Assembly: GCF_006345805.1 (NCBI RefSeq)
Contig: NC_043000.1
Span: 161,200,001 to 161,264,000 of the forward strand
Direction: 5' to 3'
Source: Octopus sinensis
Lineage: Eukaryota
DNA length: 64,000 nt
Below the pieces are notes generated by a model. The model did not search any database. It was not told the origin of the DNA and worked only from the letters and a program-made list of their open reading frames with translations. The position numbers and the translations under genes are program-made. Below are positions 54,821 to 64,000 of the stretch, one piece after another (positions within the stretch are counted from its first letter, which is position 1; each line of letters starts with the position of its first letter).

Positions 54821-57029
54821 TATTTTTAAATGAGAATAATATCAACATTATTTACTTCATAAAGTTCGTAGACATTTGAACAGAGTCTTTCATTATTTTT
54901 TTTCATTTGAATTTATTATTCATAATACAAATCCACGCCCTATCAATTTTAATCATTCTACATATATTTTCTCTTTACTCTTGTCTTCTCTAAGGCATTA
55001 TCCAATATCTACATTTCTTTCAAAACATTTTCAGTACATCTGCGACTTACTGAAATAATACGAATATTTTCTTGCAATAATATTACCCAATTAATGCAAG
55101 GCAACGAGCTGACACAATCGCTAGCAAGCCGAACAAATGTTTATCAACGTTTCATCTATCTTTACGTTCTGAATGCAAATTCCGCTGAAATCGAAGTTAC
55201 TTTTCATCATTTGGCGAACTAGAAAATAACTACCATTTGACTACTGAGATCGATGTGACCGACGACCCCTTCACTGCAAATTCAGGCCTTCGTCTATCTT
55301 TTGACCCATGTTTAGTCATTACCCAATGATTAGAAACGAGAAATTCGAATTATCTGTTTGTGAAGTTTAAGCTTCCGATGTTATATAAATATCTACGACA
55401 CTATTTGAGATGGAACTCTCTTTGTTCTTTGTTATTCACCGTGATGCTTGTATAGTTACTATATAAATTAGAGAGTATGTCGATATGTATGTGTGTTTAG
55501 CCCCGAAGGGGCTCTGAAATAGTGTCACCTCGAGGGAAAAAAAATGTTTTTTTTTTAATCTGAGTCCCAAAGAGAACGTTCTCCATAAATAATAATGAAA
55601 TGATATAATTTTCTGCGAGAAATAATTTAACATTTATATCAACAAATCTTCTATTCTTTGTCTGTCACCAAGATTCTCTCTCTTTTACACTTTCCCCTCT
55701 CTCTATATATTTACCACATTCTTGTCTTACTCGCTCTTTGTATATATATTATTTCTCACACATGTTGCTCCCCCCTCCCTCTCTCTTTCACTTTCTATTC
55801 ATATGACCTAAAGCTTCTTTCATTTTGTTTATGACTTCGTCTACTAATGTCTATTTTTATTTTATGATACACAATTATCCCGCACAAAGCCTGATTTCTG
55901 ATTCAGTGAAAGTTATCAAAATTTCAACCTCTGTAACATTTTTCTAATATGTTTCTGAACGAAATAAATCTCAAAACCTAATTCAGCGTGGAAAATACAG
56001 AGATAATGAAAGTGCATCGTTCGAATGGCTTGCATTCATTCTGGAGACAACCATCCCTCCTTTCTCTTTATACAAAAAAAAGGTTTTAACCAAGTATCTC
56101 CCATATTTTATTATACATTGGGAATACATTTGAAATCAGCATGACCGCTATTTCTTGCAGGTGGCAAAAAACTATACAGAATTCTCCGTTGAATTCAATA
56201 GTGATAAATGCAGTGTTACGATGAAACTGTTCTTTACACTGAGTTGTTTCATCCACATTATGTATGGTCTGTTTGTTATATCAGAGTTTACCTAGGGCTA
56301 CACAGCTCCAGCAACGTCATGGCTGCAAATTCTATGTTCGTCATGATTTGAAATATGTTTAATTCATAGTAGTAGCTAACAGTTGATGGAATTGCCTTTA
56401 GCATAAATAAATTGAAACAGTAACACTTTAACATTGTAGTACTGATTATGTCAGCTCTTAAACATAATCAAATCCACATTTGCATACTATCTCATAAAGA
56501 CATCTTCAAACATTATTCGAATATATTAGCAAAACAATTTAGTAAGAAACTTTCTCTCTCAACATTTAACATTCTACTAAGACGGTCAATGAACTAATAA
56601 ATCACACACACACACATACACACACAAACATACACACAAGCACATACACACATACATACACGGTCATGTATCTGTTTCGTAAAAAATATGCATTTCTCAT
56701 TATCATCTCATATCATCCGTCTGCACAATAGTGTAAGAAATGCCGTGTATCCTATATCACTTTCTTGAAACAACCACTAGAGAAACCGTGTATACTGGAC
56801 AACTAAAGAGGGGCATTGTACAGCTGAAAAATGTCGCTACAAAAGACAGTAAATTTACCTTGGATATCGGTGCTTCAGCGATGTCTAAGATGTGATGGGA
56901 GAATGTAGGATAAATGTAGTAATTACGACACAGATTTATATATACATAGAGAGAGAGAGACAGACAGACAGAGAGACAGAGAGACAGAGAGACAGAGACA
57001 AACTGAGGCAGACAGAGAGAGGAATATTT

Positions 57030-57320
57030 GTTCCTTCTCGAGCCGTGCCTGGTTCATAAGGGCTGGTTTCCCAGTTTCATTGGCGTATAGGTTCCCCACC
57101 TGGACGGGACGCCGGTCCGTCGCAGGTGAGCTGCAAGGTGTAGGAGGAAAGAGTGAGAGAAAGTTGTGGCGAAAGAGTCATCACAAGTTCGCCATTACCT
57201 TCTGCCGGAGCCGCGTGGAGCTTAGATGTTTCGCTCATAAACACACACATCGACCAGTCAGAGATTCGAATCCACGATCCAGTCCGCTGCACAAACCACT
57301 AGGCCATGTGCCTCCACAAG
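57030..57320 (-). mobile_element. tRNA-derived SINE (family B-related head, same tail as 54376)
   Basis: Reverse complement gtggaggcacatggcctagtgg...tcgaatc...cctgcgacggaccggcgtcccgtccagg. Confidence 0.8.
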
Positions 57321-57740
57321 GAGGGAGATAGGGAGTGAGAGATAACTATGCAGCCAAATATTTAATATAACACCTTGGGTTTGATATACAAAATATATAT
57401 GTATGTATACATGCAAACAGAAAGGAAGCAAGAACCGAAGAGTTTCTGACGGTGAATATCTAAGTATTAATATACCGATATTTATATTAATAAATCAAAC
57501 GTACTCAGAGTACAAGCAACAGAGAAAATTAAAGGGAAAGAGATAAGGTATTATAAATCCAACAGCTGTTCCTTGGGGCGCGTAAAGAGCTGTTGGGCTT
57601 ATGCCTCTTCTCTGTCGTTTGTACTCTGTGTAAGTTTAATCTATTAATATAAATATCTATATATTCATACTTAATTATTCATTGTCTGAAAGTCTCGAGT
57701 TTTTGATTTCTTTCTGCTTACATATATATACATATACACA

Positions 57741-57778
<38 letters not shown>

Positions 57779-57983
57779 CACACACTATCACACATACACA
57801 CATGCACACGCACATACATACATACACATATATATACACACACATACATACACACACACATATACACACAGTAATCCCTCGCCATATCGCGTTCACCTAT
57901 AGCTGTTTATTATTTAAACTTACGTCAATTCCTCCGTGATATTGTTTTGCATTTATAATAATCAAAAAATATATAGTACAGTA

Positions 57984-58023
<40 letters not shown>

Positions 58024-58147
58024 TATAATTTCAGTAAAACAATTAAGATTCAAGTGAGTTCCAATGAATTCACATGAATGCGGTACTTAACTTAGGTGCA
58101 CCAGAAATCTTTATGGTATTAACCATAAAATAATGTGGGGTGATTAT

Positions 58148-58477
58148 AAACAAGAAAAAGCAACAAGAATGGATTAGTTGTTCAGTACAATTGTTTAAAA
58201 ATTCAGTACAATTTTTAAAAACCTTTTATAAAACTGTGCATCATTAGAGAATATTTGAAGTCTGCTTACAATCTAACTTTGCTTTTCATAGAACTCTCTT
58301 CGATACTTCATGAGTGTAGCCTCACCCCCTAGGATGTTTGGAAAAATTATATGTGTTTTGGCTGATGAATACGGGACACTTGTATTTGCTGCAATATTTG
58401 CAGCTTTTAATAAAGCTGTTCTTCGTATGAAACAATTGTACTGAACAACTAATCCATTCTTGTTGCTTTTTTCTTGT
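58148..58477. repeat. ~48-bp inverted repeat pair enclosing ~230 bp
   Basis: caagaaaaagcaacaagaatggattagttgttcagtacaattgttt (58148-58196) mirrored at 58430-58477. Confidence 0.8.
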
Positions 58478-58557
58478 GTATATATGTATATATATATATA
58501 TGTTTATATATATGTATATATACATACATGTTAATATTCTTAAGTCATTACACATGG

Positions 58558-59635
58558 AAAAGTACAAAACAAGATTTCTACTACAGAATTTGCCTAATTC
58601 GTTACCTCTAATGGAAACTAAACGTACTTAAAATTAAAATTCTACTGTACTTAAAATATTGCAGCGGAGAATAACGCTTTTAAAATTTACTATATTTTAT
58701 TAAAACAAAAATTATTACATTACAGAGTTTTTTTTAAAAATGATATGATACGATTTTAAACTTTTCATGTACTGCACCAGTAATTTTAATTATTTTCAGA
58801 AGAAAAATTATCCATATCTGTATTTAAGCCCATGGGCTTATCTTTGGAAAAAGCAATATTTCAAAAATGAAATAAAATTAAATTAATTTTAAAAAAAGTA
58901 CAATTCGCCCAATTAGTCATCCCTAAGAGAAAATTGAGTGATAAATAAGGTGAAGTAAAGAATTAGCCAAAGAGGAATTAAGCTAATTCTACTGTATTAA
59001 TGCTAACTAATAAATTTTACTTATGATTTATTTGCCAGATTAATTTCTTTTTTGTTTTTAATGTGGAAAAATTGACTGAGCATATGGTTGATTTGAAACC
59101 ATTTAATGACCAATCTACTGGAATCAGTTTTTTTTTTTTTGGCAATGGGATTTCTGTTCAAGTGAAAAAATATCTTGTGCAATATTATTTACAACTTCAT
59201 ATTTTATAGTTTGTATTTGATACAACTAAATATAATATTATTTTAATTGTACGTTCCAAAAGACATGTTTTTAAAGAAAAATTGTTTAACTTTATTTATA
59301 TTTTTATTATTTAAATTTATTTTTATTTTTTACCCCTTGGGTCCTATTTAATAGAATGACGGTGCCCCAGCATGGTCACAGCTCGTGAGCTGAAACTAGA
59401 TAAAATAAAATGAATAAATTAAAATGTTTTTAAACATTTACTTGTTTTTTTGATTCTCATAATCAATAAAATAAATTATCTAAAATTTAACTGATATAAT
59501 GTATTTTAATCTTTAATATGTTATTCTCGGTTGCAATATTTTAAGTGCAGTAGAATTTTAAGTACTTTTTAGTTTCCTTTAGATGTGACGAATTTGGCAA
59601 ATTATACTGTAGAAATATTGTTCTGTACTTTGCCA
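58558..59635. mobile_element. MITE-like element with ~120-bp imperfect terminal inverted repeats
   Basis: aaagtacaaaac...attctactgtacttaaaatattgcagcggagaataac mirrored by gttattctcggttgcaatattttaagtgcagtagaat...gttctgtacttt. Confidence 0.7.
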
Positions 59636-59683
59636 GTAACGCAATAAGTCTAATAGATGCAATGCAAAAAGATTAATAAATAA

Positions 59684-60105
59684 GCGGCGAGCTGGCAGAA
59701 ACGTTAGCAAGCCGGACCAAATGCTTAGCGACATTTCGATTGACGCTACGTTCTGAGTTCAAATTCCGCCGAGGTCGACTTTGCCTTTCGGGATCGATAA
59801 ATAAAGTACCAGTCACGCACGGGGCTCGATGTAATCGACTTAATCCCTTTGTCTGTCCTTGTTTGTCCCCTCTATGTTTAGCCCCTTGTGGGCAATAAAG
59901 AAATAAGAAACATTAGCAAGCCGGGCAACATGTTTAGAGATATTTTGTCTACCGTTACGTTCTGAGTTCAAATTCTGCCGTGGTTGTCTTTGCCTTTCAT
60001 CCTTTCGGGGTCGATTAAGTAAGCACTGGCGGTTGATGTAATCAACTTAACCCCTTTGTTTGTCCCCTCTATGCTTAGCCCTCTGTGGGCAATAAAGAAA
60101 TGAAT
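59684..60105 (+). mobile_element. Tandem pair of SINE family A units
   Basis: The second unit begins at gaaacattagcaagccggg (near 59907), directly after the first tail. Confidence 0.88.
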
Positions 60106-60750
60106 AAAACTAATAAATATTCTTTTGTTTAAAAATATTTGAATTATTTTTCATTCCTCATGACTGAATTAAAATAAGAATTATATGAATGAGAAATGTA
60201 ATTATAATTGTAAAATATTAGATTCTATATCTTCACTGTACATAAAATTTTTATATTGGAACAAAAGGCATAATACGAACCTACCGAACAAGAAATGCGA
60301 AAATTCGTTATGAAAAATGATTTTCTATATAATAGTGAATATTAATGTAATACCAATTTTATTATAAAATCAAGAAATAAATGAGTTATGTCTATATATA
60401 GTAAGAAATAAATATATAGTAAGAAAGAAATGAGTTATATTTATATATAGTAAGAAGCTAATATAGAATGTTTTAAAATGCACAAATTCCATCCACCGCT
60501 AGGCAGGTGGAGCCACCTGCCCTTGTTAGGGCTAAGTTAAATTTAGTTTATCAGTCGAAATATATACAAAGACAGCGCTTTAGACTTTCGTGCTCAAAGC
60601 GATTCTCTTCAAAAGTTGTACAACGTACCTTTATGCACTTCCTCCTCTCAGCTCTTTCAAGAGCTTGTTCTAACTCCGAGAGGCGATCGCCTCTAGCTAG
60701 CTATGGGGTGGTCATTATGGAGGTCATCAGATTCCCCTTGCCGGCTTGGC

Positions 60751-60795
60751 ACCCACATACCGGTTTCGGGATACTTGCCCCTTGTCAATGTGGAG
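60751..60795 (-). ncRNA. Apparently intact minimal type I hammerhead ribozyme with U3-A8 core
   Basis: CUCCACA-UUGACAA-GGGG(CAAGUA)UCCC-GAAA-CCGG-UA-UGUGGGU; 6-bp stem I, 4-bp stem II, palindromic stem III, GUA site. Confidence 0.72.
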
Positions 60796-61081
60796 TAACT
60801 CTTCGAAGGTGTTATAGACGCAGATTTGTGTATCACATAGCTAGCGAGAGGCAATCGCCTCTCGGAGGTAATCAACGGCGGCAGTCGTCATATTTCTCTA
60901 GACTGCCACGCTAGCTTGGCGATAAATATTAATACCCAGTACTGCTGTCGTATCTCTCCTTTAGAGAGATTTAGAAACAATAATATTTCTAATTTTGAAA
61001 ATCAGTGAATGTGCTCCACTGAATATATATAAATAAACCTTCGAACAGACGGTCAACAGCGACGCCTGTTGGATTCAGCGA

Positions 61082-61127
61082 CTCCGCATTGATAAGGGGA
61101 AAATACCCTGAAACTCGGTGTCTGTAT
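61082..61127 (+). ncRNA. Decayed second copy of the U3-A8 hammerhead
   Basis: CUCCGCA-UUGAUAA-GGGG(AAAAUA)CCCU-GAAA-CUCGG-UG...; core and stem II kept, cleavage triplet and stem I damaged. Confidence 0.5.
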
Positions 61128-61350
61128 GCCGAGCCAGCAAAGGGAATCTGATGACCTCCTCTGCTCGATGGTGTTATGGACGCAGATTTGTTTTTCACAT
61201 AAGTAGCTAGAGGCGATCGCCTCTCGGAGCTAGTCAACAGCAGCATTCGTCCTATTTCTCTGGACTACTACGTTAGATTGGTGATAAATATTAATACCCA
61301 GTAATGCTGCCGTAACTCTCCTTTAGAGAGATTTAGAAACAATAATATTT

Positions 61351-61697
61351 CTCTATATAAGTATCTTATATATGTGGCAATTTCTGTCTGTCTGTTACCA
61401 TTTTCCTGCCCAAATCAGGGAACCAATCCTCACCAAACTTTGCATATATGTTGAACTAACATCCAGTTCAAGTATAGGCAAATTGGATTTTAATAAATCT
61501 TGATAATGGACTTACTACGAGGGTTCGGCTATTACATTTTAAAATGAGAGGGGTGCGAATGTGTTATGTCCTGGGTAATGTGGCATAATGAGGGTGGCTG
61601 ATATCAGGGTAGGGGAGGAGACAGAATGAGACAGACTCACAGAGAATGTTAGAGACAGACAGGGACGCTTCCATATATATAAAAGACAGTTTGAGCG

Positions 61698-61739
<42 letters not shown>

Positions 61740-62064
61740 TTTGTGAGCGCATCTTCCTTATGCATTCGAAAAACGAGTTGCCGATTTTGACGTATGGGGT
61801 ATCAAAAGATTCAGCAATCTTACGACTATCAAATAAACTTTATTTTCATTTACATATTTGCATTACAAAAAATTGACGTTAAAATCTTTACCCATGCAAA
61901 TTGTACTCCACTCTCTTCATTTTTAAACAAACAATAACATCCATGATGCCAGTAATCCAGTTCGCTATATATCAGCTGTGCTGATTCTGCTCATAAGAAG
62001 GGAACAAATAATACAATGCGATTGCATGTTATAACACCCGGGCGACGCCGGGATGCATTGCTAC
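61351..62064 (+). mobile_element. Non-autonomous Helitron-like element
   Basis: TC-TATATAAG-type start, gtctgtctgt near the 5' end, 3' GC hairpin cccgggcgacgccggg (62037-62052) followed by ...CTAC (CTAG-like). Confidence 0.65.
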
Positions 62065-62080
62065 TATAGATATATATATA

Positions 62081-62141
<61 letters not shown>

Positions 62142-62144
62142 GAG

Positions 62145-62512
62145 TGTGGAGGCGCAATGGCCCAGTGGTTAGGGCAGCGGACTCGCGGTTTCGATTCCCA
62201 GACCGGGCGCTGTGAGTGTTTATTGAGCGAAAACACCTAAAGCTCCACGAGGCTCCGGCAGGGGTGGTGGTGATCCCTGCTGTACTCTTTCACCACAACT
62301 TTCTCTCACTCTTACTTCCTGTTTCTGTTGTACCTGTATTTCAAAGGGCCGGCCTTGTCACCCTCTGTGTCACGCTGAATATCCACGAGAACTACGTTAA
62401 GGGTACACGTGTCTGTGGAGTGCTCAGCCACTTACACGTTAATTTCACGAGCAGGCTGTTCCGTTGATCTGATCAACCGGAACCCTCGTCGTCGTAACCG
62501 ACGGAGTGCTTC
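62145..62512 (+). mobile_element. tRNA-derived SINE family B
   Basis: gtggaggcgcaatggcccagtggttaggg...ttcgattccc...ccctcgtcgtcgtaaccgacggagtgc. Confidence 0.88.
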
Positions 62513-62826
62513 CATTCCATATATATATATATATACACGTACATGCATACATACATAAACACATGCACAGTGTCAACTGATAAAATCGACAGAAACTCAA
62601 TATAGAAAACTCTAATGATTTGAACTTACACTCCGATGCCTTCACCAAGGACCACGTTAGCAGGGTAAAAAGTGTCTGCAAGAGGGATCCAAGTGATCTG
62701 ATATGGAGACAATTATCTAAATAAACTAATAAAATCTTGGTTCTTAATGTACAAAATATATACACATGTAGACATATCAAAAGAGAAGGCAGACTCAAAA
62801 TTTTCAGATGATAAGAATCAAGTATA

Positions 62827-62866
<40 letters not shown>

Positions 62867-63111
62867 CACAATCAAGGAACGGCCATAATAGGCCATTCAC
62901 CCACTAGAAATAACAGCCAAAGCTTCAACCGCAAATAAACATCAATTCCGTAAACCAGGAGAAAATTAAAAAACATTTACATATATATATATGTATGTAA
63001 ATGTAATATGTGACAGTTATTCGGTAGCCATGATAAAACTCCGAGTTTCGGATGACGAGGTGGAAATCCACGGCACCTATATATATATATATTATATATA
63101 TATATATATAT

Positions 63112-63146
<35 letters not shown>

Positions 63147-63179
63147 GGGGAGAGAGAGAGAGAAATACATATACACTAT

Positions 63180-63585
63180 TTCACTCTTTACTCTCTTTTA
63201 CTTGTTTCAGTCATTGACTGCGGCCATGCTGGACCGCAGCCTTTAGTCGAGCAAATCGACCCCAGGACCTATTCTTCGCAATCCCAGTACTTATTCTATC
63301 GGTCTCTTCTGCCGAACCGCCAAGTTACGCGGACCTAAACACACCAGCTTCGGTTGTCAAGCTATATTGGGGGGGGGTCAAAAACAGACACGCAAACACA
63401 CACACACACATATATATGTATATATACGACGGGCTTCTCTAAGTTTCCGTCTACCACTCACAAGGTTTTGGTCAGCCTGAGGCTATAGTAGAAGACATTT
63501 GCCCAAGGTTCCACGCAGTGGGACTGAACCCGTAACCATGTAGCTGGTAAGCAAGCTACTTATCACACAGCAACTCCTGCGCCTA
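63180..63585 (-). mobile_element. tRNA-derived SINE family C, full length
   Basis: Reverse complement ggcgcaggagttgctgtgtgataagtagcttgc...gggttcagtcccactgcgtgg. Confidence 0.88.
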
Positions 63586-64000
63586 TACTTCATAATGTTA
63601 GAAGATGTAATTCATAAAAATATTTCAGCCGGTAATGTTTGTATCCTCTTGCCTGCATCATTTGGTCACGCTGAATGGTCAAATTCCACAAGATCCTAAA
63701 TAAATCATTCACTAAAATATATTCTGATTTCCACTCATATTATTTAGCTGCTATGACAAACCCACATTCTACATTCTACATAATAGTGATGAAAACAGGC
63801 TGCTGGTGCTGCACTCTAGTGTATTCTTTCAGATAGCTTTTTTTTAAATGGAGAACTAACTCTTTATCCCAGCCAATGCCTACTTTATATAAAGTGTTCA
63901 ACCCGTGGCATAAAGTTGTCTTTTCATTCCTTCTCAAAATCTTGTTTTACTCTCTTCTTGCAATCGTTCGGCGTTACTATATCAGCAGATGCCAGTCTGT

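Larger units (their letters stand above)
60660..61352. mobile_element. Non-coding retrozyme-like element: inverted partial copy + partial tandem of a ~362-bp unit
   Basis: 60803-60990 repeats at 61165-61352 (period 362); 60665-60797 is an inverted copy of 61082-61235; HHR motif in the unit; no ORF of note. Confidence 0.7.

Noticed and set aside
61140-61165. Canonical CTGATGA in the retrozyme-like unit (also at 60724-60730, minus strand)
   Set aside because: Not followed by a stem II and GAAA; pairing it with the upstream GAAA as a type II HHR fails (no UH triplet, no stem I or II).
63030-63080. GAAACTCGGAGTT palindrome with adjacent GTGGA/TCCAC hairpin (minus strand)
   Set aside because: No recognisable N3-UGAN-N8-A core upstream of the putative stem II.

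Overview
This is AT-rich, microsatellite-dense animal DNA. Its SINE families and (TA)n/(TATG)n/(AAT)n load suggest an octopus/cephalopod genome (inference). No intact host protein-coding gene is recognisable, and almost all long ORFs in the track are microsatellite artefacts. Identifiable content is decayed mobile DNA: Penelope-like elements (PLEs; RT + C-terminal GIY-YIG), several R4/Dong-like RLE retrotransposon fragments associated with (TAA)n, a Tx1/L1-clade element, a CR1-like RT, a Tc1/mariner (maT-like) transposase relic, Helitron-like and MITE-like elements, and three tRNA-derived SINE families. The most interesting signal is non-coding: a set of minimal type I hammerhead ribozyme (HHR) motifs with palindromic stem III, in three element types and with three versions of the core 3-8 base pair. 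(1) Canonical C3-G8 occurs in a tRNA-headed SINE present as a head-to-head pair (24.4-25.6 kb) and in a PLE terminal repeat (30.0 kb). (2) A swapped G3-C8 core occurs in both terminal repeats of a PLE (42.1 and 43.9 kb). (3) A U3-A8 core occurs in a non-coding ~362-bp retrozyme-like unit arranged as inverted + partial tandem copies (60.7-61.35 kb). Ribozyme folds were derived by eye and no activity is demonstrated.
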